DNA of 56,146 bases, filler included, from Bipalium vagum (lineage: Eukaryota), in NCBI GenBank assembly GCA_037834085.1. It is 3 parts of 3 records of this genome, joined end to end, with 100 filler letters (N's around TTAATTAATTAA, not from the genome) between each part and the next. Parts side by side here need not be neighbours in the genome. Positions count along the whole stretch, not along the records: positions 38,418 to 56,146 come from JBBMKC010053801.1; 2 more parts are not named here. The stretch is one strand, 5' to 3'. Under the pieces are notes generated by a model that was given only the letters and a program-made list of their open reading frames with translations, did not search any database and was not told where the DNA came from. Shown here in pieces: positions 38,318 through 51,990 of the stretch. The translations under genes were made by a program, and so were the position numbers. How positions within the stretch are numbered: position 1 is the first letter of the stretch; each line of letters begins with the position of its first letter.

Positions 38318-38417
38318 NNNNNNNNNNNNNNNNNNNNNNNNNNNNNNNNNNNNNNNNNNNNTTAATTAATTAANNNNNNNNNNNNNNNNNNNNNNNNNNN
38401 NNNNNNNNNNNNNNNNN
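38318..38417. other. Artificial scaffold join N44-TTAATTAATTAA-N44
   Basis: Same 100-bp construct as at 19647-19746. Confidence 0.97.
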
Positions 38418-39199
38418 TTTTCGTAAAAATTCGTTAAATGGCGTTTATTTAAAAAATAAAAGATTATTGTTCACAAGACTAATATATATATATAACTAGT
38501 TTCTCTTTCAAAATTGGAAAATTGCCCAGTTTTCAGTTTCTCAAACCGTACGTTTTAGTAAATTTATAATAGTCACCAGTTTGTTTTACTTTTCCATTAA
38601 TTGCTTCAGAAAATTCAAAGAGAAGTAATTTAGAATATGTGATAAAATCCATATATAGAATTATTCGGAAATTATATTTATAAATACATATTTTTCGTTG
38701 ACAAAAGACTAAATGTCTTTTAGAATTTTAAAAATAGATCTCATTCGAAAAAGCTGCAGCATTTTGTTTTTGTTTTAAATGACTAATTTAATCTCAAAGT
38801 AATATTAATTTTTAGCTTTACTTTTGTAATTATATATTATTTAAATTTAAAGAAAGGGGTCGCAATTAAGGTTTCTGCGCTCCCATAAAACGCGTCGCTA
38901 ATTAAAAAAATCACTCTGCAAGTCTGGATTCTTAAAAAATTGTCTAAGATAAGGAATACTAAATTAACCTTGTAAAAAGACCTACAGTACACCTACAGTA
39001 CATTTTTTTATTCATTAACATAATTGCTAAGATTATCTATGACCTTTAACCATCTTACATTTCGGAAATCAGTCTTTGAATAAATTCCTCGTTTTAAAAA
39101 CCGAAATCGTTTTTTATGTACTTTAAACATTATCAATCACTCTTAATGATTTTTATTCAAAAAATGTTTCACAGACCGGAAGAACTGAATATCTGATTT

Positions 39200-39450
39200 A
39201 GCAATTTCTAGACAATATGGTGATGATAGAAGAACCTTCTAATCATATTATTGTACGAAAATCCATTTCTCGTCACTAGCTATCAGCCAAAAAAGAAAAA
39301 TTTCGTGTTTAGTTTTAATGAATTTTTTTAGTTTAAAAATTTTAAGAACATTTTCATTTTTTAAAAATCACATTGGATCAATGAAACTGTCTTCCACTTT
39401 ATTTTAAAAGCCTGTCTCAATCTCTAAAAAGTGATTTAATTCTTTATTTA
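39200..39450 (-). mobile_element. Mariner remnant
   Basis: LIASDEKWIF (degenerate IVTGDEKWI). Confidence 0.55.
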
Positions 39451-42400
39451 TAGAAATTCTCAGGTTTTTTGCTGGAATACTTTTATAGATGAATTTAATG
39501 CTTCTTAATGATATCTAAGTAAGTGCTATTTGGTTTCTATAGTCTTAGAAGTACAGTGTGTGGATGAATTATTTAAATCATTTATTCTCAACATTTTAAT
39601 AATTTCAAGGTTTCCTGGGACACTGATAATACGTTGGATACTTTAACTACCTATAGTTCATTCTGTAAATTATTTTCAATGAAAAATAAAATAATTTGAA
39701 AGAATGAAGGAGAATGTTCATTTCTAATAAAAAAAGTAATAAAGCTTGGATAAGTTACAAATTAATGCTAAATTTCAGCTTCATAATCTTTTATATGTTT
39801 TATACTTTACGTAAACATGATAAACCCACCCTCATTTTTTCTTCTACGTTTAAGTCTCCTTTCAGATTTTATATTGCATAATGCTGAAAATCCGAATCCA
39901 TAATAAAATGTTTAAAATTTTCGTAATATTTTTAAAGCATTTTTATCTATTTTGGAATAGTCACATCTATTGTTAATCCAAAAAAAATTAATTGAATTCC
40001 TATTGAGATTAGTTTTACATGAAATGGCACCATTCTATTATTTGTTTAAATAAATCAAATAAATATTTGTCTAAAAATAATAATTCAAATATAATAATTC
40101 AGATTAAATTAAACATTAAAATAAATACATTAAATTACTCTATTTAAACAACAGCACATCTGGTGTTATTTATTCTAAATATTAACCTCCGAATTCTCTG
40201 AAATTAAATATCGATTCTTAGATAGCAACATTACTTTTACTTTTCGTTTAAAGTCAAATTATTTATCTGTACGTGTTCGTTATTGCAAGTCGATTACAAA
40301 CCCAATCAAATTTTTACATCTAAATTTGGAAAGTAATATTATCAAATGGTCCATAACAATTGTATGGATAGTTTTATAAATACCTTTTATAATTGACTCG
40401 ATTTTCCAAATTACTTACATGTGCTTTCATATCCCATAAAGTTATTTTTTATTTGATTCCCTCCAGTTTATCTGTAGAGTTTAATATATTTTCTTTTTGT
40501 CCATGCATACTTGAATTTATTTTATTAAAATATCAGCCATCTAAACTATTTTAGCACACCTTATTTGATCCTCCAACAAATGAACAAAACCATTTTTATG
40601 TTGCACAAAAAATATTTTCATTTCGCTTTTTAATTCAAGTACACGAGATAAAACTTTTCCTCAGAACACTGCTTCACCTCTGTGTGCAACAACAAGTATT
40701 CGTATATTGTATATCAAGTTATAAAAGTTATTTAAATAAACAAAAACATTTGTATTGCTTTGTTGCTGTTCATCTTGTTCATCTGATAATTCAAGACGCT
40801 TTTGATTGTTTACCAAGTGCATTTAATTCTGTTACAATTAAGATCTACAGAAAAATAAAAATTTTATACAAATAATCATTTAGGATGCCGATTTAAAACT
40901 TTTTGTCGAGAAAACATGGACACTTCACTATTATATATTGATTATAATTTTTTAAAATAAAATAAAATATGAAATATTTGTCGGGAAAATTTTAATGAAA
41001 GGGAAAATTGAAAAAAAAATCGAAAAATTTATTTTATTTTAAAATCGTTAAAAACGAAAGTTTTCTAAGATTTAAGATAATATAATAATATAATTAATAT
41101 TTTATTTATTTATTTTGAATAAATCAATAATTTTACTGTTGTGCAACAGGTATTTTATCGATTAATTTTTTCAATTTTCAATAAATAATGTAGAAAATAT
41201 TTTTTAAATTGTTTTTTTGTCTTTGGTTGCGTCAATTTAAATGGAGAGATTTTTTTATAGATTTTTTATAATAATCTGTAATGGCGATGAATACTTTTTC
41301 TAAATAAAATAATTAACACATTAATTATTTCTTAAGAATAAATAGTTATGCCAATTTTTCAGTACTTCATAACTTTATAATCCTGTTGGCGTCTGTAATT
41401 TTACTTCTCTGAGCATGGCCTCAAGTATGTCGTCAAACTATTTATATGTAAAAATAAAAAATTGACTGCTTAACAATTCATTATATTTACCATAGGTTTT
41501 CTTTGAATTAGTTAATTATATAATTGCAAAACCTTGAGTTTCTTAATCAAGTCATTGATATTTAATGATCTTTAGACACATGGTTTCAGTCTTAAAAGTT
41601 ATTAATTTGACCATTCAATTGTTATCTGAAGGTAATAGAATTAGTTAAATGATTGTCTAATAACTTTAGGTACACATTTCATTTAAAAATTGAGAATTTT
41701 TACTACTCCATAACTTGAAATAATTAATTCCCCTTTAATAAAGACAGGCGACTTTTCGTTATTTTAATGATAAATCCCCATCCGTCTTTAAATAATGATA
41801 AAAACATTGTAAAAGTAAAATTTCCCAATAAATGTATTATCCATAAATACATGACTCATACTCCATTTCTGAAAATCCGATTCAGAGTTAACAGTTAAGC
41901 ATTGAATTCACTCTTGATTAATTCATCATTGTTAAGTGAGAAATCTTCGCATTGTAAATAAGATTCTTTTCAGATAACTTTTACCCACCGATTCGATGTT
42001 TTGAGCTGAATCAACTCCTCGGCCATTTCCTTGGTCAATTTTAAGATGTCAGATATCTTAACTGTTTTTTGAAAACGATCTTTTTTACTAAAATTTACTC
42101 TAACGATTTTGATTATGGTTAGGGCACATATATTACCCGGTATTGAAAGTTGCTACCATTTCCTAGTTCTTTAACCCCCCTTTGTGGTGATCATGAACTT
42201 GTTAACCGCTTTCTGAACACTCTTATTCATTTTATACTCGGCTATAGGTTTAGTTTTGTATGTGTTTACTTCTGTTTGAGTCTAAGAACTTTTCATTCAC
42301 ACCACGTATGTATTTTTAATTATCATTAATATAAGAAATGATAATTTCCTTAAGTTTATGTTACAAATTTAGTATATAATAAGATTACTGAAAACCATTT

Positions 42401-42629
42401 ACAGAGCCTTGATCTTAATGTTAACTTAGAGTAATAAGGGTGCCCAATGCATCATAATATCTGAAAACATTAAGAGATTTTTCAATTTTTCTTTGATATA
42501 TTATGAGACTTTTGAAGTCGTTTTTGTTCTTTCTCATAGTTTTTTATAAGTAATTAAATCAGGTTATGAAATTTAAAGATGCTTTATATAAGATTAAAAT
42601 AATAAAAAGTAAAGATTTTCTTAATTCAG

Positions 42630-44143
42630 GAATTGAACTTTGTGATTTCTGGATCTGTTTTGATGTCATGTGTTGCTCAGCCTCAATTCTTCACCTTGTA
42701 GCCATAGCTTTTGATAGATATTGGGCAGTTACCAATATCGATTATATCAGAATGAGGACCGCTAAACGAATTATCATTATGATTATTCTCGTTTGGGTTC
42801 TTTCTCTAATCATATCGATACCGTCTCGTTTCTATGCAAGTCGGACCTGGACTCAGGTGTATGATAAAGTTGTGAAAAATGGCATATGTGACATAAATGA
42901 TGAATATTTTTATACTATTTTCTCAACAGTTGGTGCTTTTTATATGCCAATGTTTCTATTGATCGGTGTATATTTAAAGATTTATCAGACTGCTAGGGCA
43001 AGGATTCGTAGGCACGGCCTGCGAAAGCCAAATAAACAGTTCAATAGCAGCATCATTAAAAGTATCAAAAAATGCCCCTTTCGTTGGACGAAAAAAGTGA
43101 AATTTGTTCAGATCAAGAGAGATAACCACACAACCCATCACTACCAGTGCAGTTCCAACAATACTCAATCAAACAATTATGTACAGCTACATATAGATTT
43201 ACAGAACTATGAGATTTCCTCATTTTATAATTCTGATTTTTCTAAAATTCAAGCAAACTCATTTGATATGGACTCCATCAATCAAAGCTCATTCGATCCT
43301 CATTCTAGCTCATCATCTCACAAATATTGCAATTCCAGTTGTGAACAGATCAATAAGACTAACTATGACCCAAGTAGGATCAATTCAAATTCGATCATTC
43401 AGTCCCAGTGTCATCAGAATCTTTGCCAACATGAAATCAATAACAACAACTTTTCTATTGTTCAATCTCCTGTAGTATTGGACACCGAAGTTCTCAATGA
43501 TAGCCTGTTTCAGTCCGAAAAGGTCGTGGATAAGACATTATGGAACTGGAAAGAAACCAGCAGTCTCAACAACTCTCCCAGACTCACTTGTCCAAGTCGT
43601 CCGAAAAGTGATTGTATAGAATATTTGAAAAAAACGAAAAAAAAGTTCCGTTCCAAACCTTCATTGAGCCCAAATATCCATTATAAATTGGCCGGTCTCG
43701 TAGTGCCTGACAGTGTCAACTATCAGAACACGAAGACGGTGTTGAACAACAATCTTTATGAAACGAAGTCCCGCATGTCTCGGCTAGAAATATACCCAGT
43801 GTCACATGTTGCATTTAGTGATTTTACATCTCGCAAAACGTACGTTGAACAACAAAAACAAAAACTTGAACATAAACGTGAGAGAAAAGCTGCTCGTACG
43901 CTGGCTATCATAACAGGGTGTTTCATCCTGTGTTGGCTTCCGTTTTTCATTCAAGCCTTGGTTTTACCCTTCTGCGGCAAGAAATGCCTTTCCAGTAGCT
44001 TGTTCAACTCATTCTGCCTTTGGCTTGGATACTGTAATTCTTTGCTGAATCCGATTATATACACCATTTTTTCTCCTGAATTCAGAAATGCATTTAATAA
44101 AATTCTCTTTGGTCGATACAAAAAGACAAAAAGAGGTTATTGA
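42630..44143 (+). CDS. Serotonin receptor, 5-HT1-like class A GPCR; terminal exon encoding TM3-TM7
   Basis: TM3 CDFWICFDVMCCSASILHL with the aminergic Asp3.32, DRYW, TM5 STVGAFYMP, TM6 ERKAARTLAIITGCFILCWLPFF, TM7 LWLGYCNSLLNPIIY. Acceptor TTTTCTTAATTCAG| at 42629 (phase 1). TM1-2 are absent, so the ORF-track ATG at 42566 is intronic. Confidence 0.92.
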
Positions 44144-44160
44144 ATGAAAGTGATGTGAAA

Positions 44161-44166
44161 AATAAA
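44161..44166 (+). promoter_or_regulatory. Candidate polyadenylation signal of the GPCR
   Basis: First AATAAA after the stop codon, followed by T-rich sequence. AATAAA is common by chance in this composition. Confidence 0.3.
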
Positions 44167-45119
44167 GAAATAGGTTTTTCTTATTTTTATACAAAATTTA
44201 TAAACGATTATTTTAATACAATTATTTTATTTTGGTTTATCTTTTTAAATTGACAAAAAGTGACATAATGAAAAAAATTTTTGAAAAAATGATAAAAATA
44301 TTAAAAATAATAATCAAAATATTATTAGTATAATATATATATATATATATATAGAAAATTTTCTTTCATTTCCCATTAAGCAAATTCAATATATGCCCTT
44401 TTCTAATGATTTAACTTCCCATAAAATAATAATAAATAATTCCCTATCAATATTTTCAATCTAAATTATTAAAATGTGAAAATATAATTAATTTCTGGGA
44501 AAAAAAATAATTTTCCCCCAAAAAATATCTGTATTTTACGCAAAATTAAAACAAACTTCATAAAACAAAAATAAAATGTCATCAAATTAAATCTTAATTG
44601 TTGACATCAAAAAAATAGATTTTCGTGTTAATAGAATTAAATCGTAAAACCTTAGAAATCCTATAAAAATATCGTCCGAAATCAATTTTATGTTATGGGC
44701 TTAGCAAACGAAATTATTTTAATTAACTAGCGGTAGATAACAAAGTCGACGTATATTTTATATAAACGTCTCTGATAATTACTTTATTCTTATAATTCAT
44801 ATGTTATATAGATTTTGTTGACTTCATTTCCGGTTTCAATGGATATTTGAGCAGTCAAGTTAGCTATTTAAAACAAAAAAATGAAAACATTTAATTTATA
44901 GATGGAATTATATAAATAATAATTTCTCACTGAAAGGATGAAATTCTGTCATCAATGGTAGAGGTAATTATTTAATTATAGGCTTATATGAATAGTATAA
45001 AAATTTATATTCATTTATTATATATTATATATATTCATTTATTATATATATTATTTTTTTAATTAAACGATTTTTAAAAAACATTTTTGAACACGCAAAA
45101 TTTTATTTATACTGCTATC

Positions 45120-45163
45120 TTGAAACATGTTTCGATCTCTTCTTTCAGATCTTCTTCAGTCAA
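45120..45163 (-). ncRNA. Minimal type-I hammerhead ribozyme motif (Penelope-like element type)
   Basis: Minus strand reads TTGA CTGAAGA A GATCT-GAAAGAAG-AGATC GAA ACATGT T TCAA. It has stem I (TTGA/TCAA), core CUGAAGA, a 5-bp stem II, GAAA, palindromic ACAUGU stem III and a GUU cleavage triplet. Confidence 0.75.
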
Positions 45164-46204
45164 TTTTCTTCTTCTTCAATGACTTTCTTCAAATGATATC
45201 ACTATCATGATTTAGAAATATTATCTGCATTATTATTGGATAAAAATAAAAAAAAAATTTTTAATTCTACAAACTTTAAAAATATCATTTTTTTAATATT
45301 TTAAATTTTTTTTTAATTATTCTTTTTTTTAAAAATATATATACATTTATATATATATAGAGAGAGAGAATCTTCTACTTAATATTATTAATATCTTTAT
45401 TATCCATCTGAAATGTTATTTATTCCTTAATAATTCTTTATTTGTTAGAAATTTTCACCAGGTGAATGAAGATAAGATTTCTAATTTAGTCGATTTAATT
45501 TTATCCTACATTTAAAACAATTTTGAGACATTTTTCTATTTTAAAATTTTTTCATAATGATAATTTTTAGGAGAGAAAACATTTCGTAATTTAATTACAT
45601 CATTAAATGAAATAAATGCATTTCCGTATTACTTAATAATAATTTTGTTTTAATTATTACAACGGTCTCTGTTCTAGTCTTTAAATACAAAATATTTATA
45701 TAATTAAAGAGTTTAAACATGATTTATTGATTTTTAACTGTTCCCGTTTCTGTTTTTATTTTAAATTATGTTTTTCTTCCTCAGTCTAAATTATATTTAT
45801 TTATAATAAAATTTTATAAGTCTTCCAAAGTGTTATTGCCAATAAAAGTATTCCCATGATTAATTTAATTTTTGTCTATTTTAATAAATATTTCTTTTAT
45901 ATATCTCAAGGAAATAAATAAATTTAAGAAACTATTTATAATTGCTAATCTTAATATATAATATCACGTAATATTGAACTTTTTACAGTCCTGATAATTG
46001 AGATTCAGACAATATCCTAGCGGAAATATATTTCTTAATATCTGTCTACTGATTTCATAGGAAATATTATTAATTTTCCTTTTTTTATTATGTTTAAATG
46101 TAAGTAACAAAATGATTAAAATTATGAAAAATAACATTTACATGAATTTCAAGAGACAAGCATAATGTAATTTCTAAGACTAAAAAAACTATTTTTTATT
46201 TTTA

Positions 46205-47042
46205 TTAGGTTTATCGGTAAATGATGCGGATTTTTTTGACAAACAAGATGAGAAGATTTCAAAAAATACATAGAAATATTCTATTCAAAGAAATGGTCAT
46301 TATTAATTACACATTTCCATCTTTCGGGTAGCTTGTTGATGCTGTTCCAAAAAATAACTTTTCCTGTTTGGAGGCGAGCCATTTAGAGACCCACTTTTTG
46401 GACATCTTCGTAAGTCTTGAATTGTTGCTCAGCATATCCATTTGCCATAGACTGAAACAAATAGAAATCTGAAAGGAGTGAGATCTGGTGAATATAGCGA
46501 ATAGGTGACTACTTCCCAACTAGATCTTTTAACTTGATTTTGATTAATTTTGAAGTATGTGATCCATAAGCTGTCATGGAGCAAAATTATTTTATCCCTA
46601 TCTTTAAAATCTTTCTCATTTCATTTAGAAGATCAGAAACTGTTTGCTGATACTAAGTTGTTCTTACCTTTGACATACATCTTCATCCACTGAGGCTTGC
46701 AATTGTTGGTCTTCAAATGTAGAAGTACTCCCTGGACTTTCATTTTGAATCACACTGAAATCATCATTTTTAAAACGCTTAAACCAACGCTCATAAGTAA
46801 CCTAAGATTATGCAAAATATGCGGCAGTTTACTCATAATAAGATGGTGAATCATAAATCCTTTCCAGGAATAAATTATTTCATGCTTAAATCTAAAATAT
46901 TCAAACTAGTAAACAGTATGTATTAAAACAATATACGATATACCATATATATACGATATTCGCATAATCAATAAGATTTGTTTTATCTTATATCATAAAA
47001 GATAGATTTTAAAAAATCTGCGTTCTTTACCGGTACACCCAA
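46205..47042 (-). mobile_element. Internally deleted mariner
   Basis: TA-flanked TIRs TTAGGTTTATCGGTAAATGATGCGGATTTTTT / TTGGGTGTACCGGTAAAGAACGCAGATTTTTT. Remnants ERWFKRFKNDDFSV, LLHDS, YSPDLTP. Confidence 0.85.
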
Positions 47043-48255
47043 TAACTATTCATAAATTCATAAAGACTCTTGAATAAAGAATTTAAGAAAGTATCTCTTT
47101 AAAAACATGTTTCTTTTTAGTGAACATAAGCTTTTAGAATTCTCTGAAAAATTGTTACGTAAAGCTCAAGAAAAGATTCTTAATAATAAATTCTCAGACT
47201 AGAGTTCTCAAAACAATTTTTTAATTATTTTTTTTATTTATCAATTTAATTTTTATTTTCAATAATTATTTTTTTATTATTTTATTTAATCATAATATTT
47301 TAAAAATACATGAAAAAATTTTTCTTTTTCATAAAAAAAGTGTAGAGTAAGAATGAAAATTGTTTATGTAAAATAAGAAAATTTCTGTGAGGTATTAATC
47401 AGATTTTGTCAAAATAATAATACTTGAAAAAGAAAAATTAATTCTAAAAGTTTCATTCAATAATGAACTTTGTCGGAAAAAATCCAAAGAAGTCGGTACC
47501 AAATAGTTCTGCTAATCTTATCTAAGTATTGATAATGTAACTAATATTTTTATCAAGTATTTAGACAGGATAATGAGTTCACGCTAAAGATCTTTATTTA
47601 AGTAGAGATTTTCATTAAGACATTCTATTAGGAATATATTCCTAATTTTCCAGCATCGGGGTACATAACTGGGGGAAAATATTATTATTTATATTTTAGT
47701 AATGGGGTTTGTATAAATAGCATTAAGACTTATCAGAAGAAGAAATCGATAAATAATGTTTCCCTTTGTCATTAATAAAGATTATATATATTGAAATTTA
47801 TAAAATATTATTATTATCAATTATTAATTATTAATAAGTCATGCATAGATAGATAAATACAATTCATGTTTTAGCTTTTATTTTGCTATTCATTCACGTT
47901 GACTAAAGATTGAGAAAGGTTTTTATGAGAAAGATTTCTTTATAAATAATGCAAAAGTTTCAATCAAAAAACATTTGGAAAAAAATTATTAAAAGGTCAT
48001 TTATTTAACATGAAATATATATCTACATATAATATAGATATAATATAATATAATTATCTATATGTACGATATGAAAATGTTATATTTACAGATTTTCTGT
48101 GATGATTATGGAAAAAATGAAAGAACTGATGGGTTTATAACTGGTGCTCAAATACAGATGCAAATTCTATGTGGCATTTCTGTCAGAACTGTACAAAGAA
48201 GACTTAGTACCAATAGTATCCAGTGATGACGGTTAAATACTGAAAATATAAAGTA

Positions 48256-48488
48256 CAATTCCCGCCAAAAGTCTTTGGCCACTCTTAAAATTCTAGAAAA
48301 AAGCGTTTATATGATTCCAGTCATTAATATTTATTAAGTACAAATGTAAAGAACGTTAACGACATTAGAAATAAGTTCACAAGAACATTTATAATTATAT
48401 CAATAAAAAATAAATAACTAAAGAATAAATAACTAAAAGATAAACTAGGCTTTTTTACATGATGGCCAAAGACATTTGGCGGGGACTT
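48256..48488. mobile_element. Tc1-type MITE (233 bp)
   Basis: TA-flanked TIRs CAATTCCCGCCAAAAGTCTTTGGCCA / AAGTCCCCGCCAAATGTCTTTGGCCA. Confidence 0.8.
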
Positions 48489-49949
48489 TATGTTCGTACA
48501 TATATGGGAAAACATTAGGTTGAAAAACGTCTCAGAATTAAAATCAAGTTTTACACATTTTTTCTGGTTTCAGGCGGTTCTCCATGAAAGGCATATTTCT
48601 CACGATTCAGAGTACAAAGTAAAACCATAAATTCACAAGATCAAATTCTTCTGAAAAATGATATATTGTAGAGATCAATTTCAGATCTCTACCTTATAGA
48701 TCTAAAATAATTTTTGTCATCAGTGCATTGTGCCAACCGAGACCTGGACCTTCCTGAAATTGTTAAACTTTACATGGCTTTTATTTGGAAGACATTATCA
48801 AATGATGACAGGCAGAGAGATATTATGTGCTAAATTGTAAGAAATATGATCCGAGCTCATTATTAACATATAAACAATTCGACTTTTTAATGAAAAACTC
48901 ATAAAGGCTATTTATAAATCCCAGTCAAATATGATTTTCTTTAAATTTAATGTTTGGTTCAAGACATTGTTAATATAATTTTTTTAAATTATTTTTTAAA
49001 CGTTTTAATTTATGTTTTTTCTTTAGCTTTTTGCGTAAAGGATATTAATAATGTACTCATTTTCACTTATTATTTTAATGAATCACATCGGAATTATTGA
49101 ATGTGTTACTTAATCAATCTAATTTAATCAAATATCCATATTTTTGTATTCATACCATTTAAATAGTTAAAACAATTAAATAATTTATCGAGACTCCATA
49201 ATCTTTGTAGTATCTTATTGCATCTTCAAAGAAAATTAACATTATTTACAAACAACCAAATAAATATATAATAATGTTTATGATAATGTTAATAAGAAGT
49301 AAAACTCAGTAAAACTTTGATTTGACATTCATTGAACTTTCTACTACATACATGTATATGTGCCCAGGACCATACCACGAGATGAAAGACTAAAACATAA
49401 GACTCAACGGAAATTTGACTGTTTAGATGCTTGCTAGTAAGTTGTTTATCTGTTGATTTTCTGATGAAACTAATTTTGTTTCCAAAATTGACTACAATGC
49501 ACGTTTCATCAGAACATACGAATTTTCACCAATCTAGTTCCGTCCAATCTTTAAATTGTTGTGCAAAATAAGATTACTTGAAAAAAGTTTTTATGAGGAA
49601 CTTTGATGTATGGGCGACCTTTGTGTACCTTCTAGAAATGATGGACAACCTTAGATTAGTAGCTTAATACATAAATAATAAAAAAAAATTTAATTATATT
49701 GTATTTACTGTAAATAATTCATAAATGATAAGTGCTCATTACATTTAACAATTTAGCTGGAATAAAAAAACAAATTTCATGCACCTAACAGACTTGAAGA
49801 GGTCTAATCATTCCACTGTTTTACGGGCATGAAATGCGTGCTTTGAGAAAGGCTTGCAGCATCATTTCAGTGGACTGAAAAATACCAAAGTACCAACGAA
49901 TGCAAAGATAGACCTTTATCTTTTAGCTATTAGAGACAGACTTATACCC

Positions 49950-51990
49950 ACCAAATACATTGAAATAAATTGGAATACCCTCAGTGCTAACATCAAATAT
50001 TGAGTAGTATTGATTTGCGCTAATTCCGTGTAAAATGGTGTTTAAAGTTGTCATCAAATCATAAACTCGCACGATTTACCTGTTAACTTGTCAAGAAAGA
50101 CAATATTGGAGTGGCGAATGGCATAGTATAAGATTTTATTTATGGAAGCTTGAGGGTGAGACATTAACATGGCAAACAACAAATTATTGCATTGATGTTA
50201 CCAAGTCACAAAGGAATCACACCTGGAATTATGTAATGGGGTTCTATTTGCTTTGCATTTAGATTTCTTCCTGTAATTATCAGAGAATGCTTTATAATTT
50301 GAATGCTTTTAAATATATAATGCTGTGAAATAGTGACCAATACTACTATGTTCAAAAAGTAAGGTGACTTATAAATGGAAAGCTCTGAAAAATGAAGTCC
50401 AAAAAATTGTTATTTCATATTGCCACAACATTCACCTACATTTTTGCGAATTTCATTTTGATATGTCAAAAAACAAATAAATTACAGTTGTTTATTTACA
50501 TCATTTACTTGACCTTTTTACGATTTTCTTAAAATGTCTTTTACACAGCAAAGAAATTACAGTAATTACAAAAAATGAAATCAATGCTACCCATACTTTT
50601 CAAATGAATAGAGACCGCATTTGGTGATCAATACTTATCCTGAAAAAATATATTCAAGTAGTAAAATTGTTCGGAGAAAGTCGTAAATTCATAAAAGATG
50701 AAGCTCGTTCTGGTCGTCCATCAACATCGGTAACAAAAAAAATTTGCAAACAATTAAGAACAAAGTTATGGTAAATCGTCATTTCACGATGAGAGAGCTT
50801 TCAGATGATGTAGGCATATCCATATGCTTAGTACCAAAATCATTGGATTTTTTGTAAAAACAACATCTTGTTCATGTTGCTAAAGAGATGCTGGAGCAAG
50901 TAGAAAATGATCCAACATTCATCAAGCGTTTCATTACTGGTGATGATGAGACATTGGTTTATTAGTTTGGTATGCTGACAAAGCAGCAGTTCTAAAAGAA
51001 TTCGAGAACGCATTCAAAAATCAAGACTTTGTTAACCTGTGGATTATCGTGGTGTAATTCATCATGAATTTTTTGCAGAAGGTTGTACTGTAAATAAAGA
51101 TGAGTCATTTATGTAAGGCGATTCGTCAAAAATATCAGATTTGTGAGCAGATAAATTATTATGCAGAAAAATTACACCACAACAACGTCCCTTCTCATAA
51201 TACAATTATTATCCTTGAGTTCTTAGTCAAAAATTCAACAAATATTATTTTATATGCGCCATATTCTCCATATATATCACCTTATGACTTTTTTTCTCTT
51301 CAATCACTTCGAGGAACCAGTTTTGATCCCGTAGAATCAATAAAATAAAAATAGAAAAACGAACTTGCGAATATTCCGAAAATTTATGTTAAAAAGTGCT
51401 TTTTGAATTAGATTTAAAGTTGGTTCATGCGTATAGCGATGGGAGGAGAGTATTTGAAGGAGATAAAATAAATTTTGGTAATTAAATACATATTTTGTTT
51501 TATTTTGACAGTTACATTAACTTTTGAACATAGTAGTAATTACTTTCATTAATGGAAACACAACCAAGCAACAGTTTACAACAAGACAATATCAGATCAC
51601 ATAACACCAGTATGATTGCAAACTTTTTTGCAAGAATCAAAAGTAGAAACAATAACTTGGTCAGCTATTTAACCAGATTTATCTCCTATTGAACATGGGT
51701 GTGAATGAGGAGTTATCTATTACAGACTTTTCTTGGTACTCATGAACGTTGGATGAACTAAAAATCAGCTTCAATAAATACGGAATGACATACAAAAAGT
51801 GAAATTGATCTTCTAATTAATAGTTTTCCAAAAAGAATTCAAGATTTTGTCGTAAAATGAGATTACATGACTGGCTATTGACATCACCATTTCTTTCCCA
51901 TATAAATTTATGTCATGCAATTTAATCAGATATCTTTAATCATTTTATTTGTTCAGTTTTAATGCTTTAGTGGTGCGTTTCATTGAAAAA
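49950..51990 (+). mobile_element. Degenerate Tc1-like element split by the 50343-51536 mariner
   Basis: Left of the insert: PGIM*WGSIC...LNAFKYI. Right of it: QQDNIRSH, W....PDLSPIEH. Boundaries approximate. Confidence 0.7.
50343..51536 (+). mobile_element. Degenerate mariner (irritans-like)
   Basis: Inverted termini TACTACTATGTTCAAAA(A/-)GT. Remnants DEARSGRPST, FITGDDET, LHHNNVPSH, APYSPYISPYDFF. Confidence 0.88.

Noticed and set aside
41280-42250. Possible decayed LINE endonuclease on the minus strand
   Set aside because: Only vague motif resemblance, with stops in all frames.
42566-42629. ATG start of the 525-aa GPCR ORF
   Set aside because: Lys/Ile-rich intron-like sequence upstream of a good acceptor; a receptor starting here would lack TM1-2.
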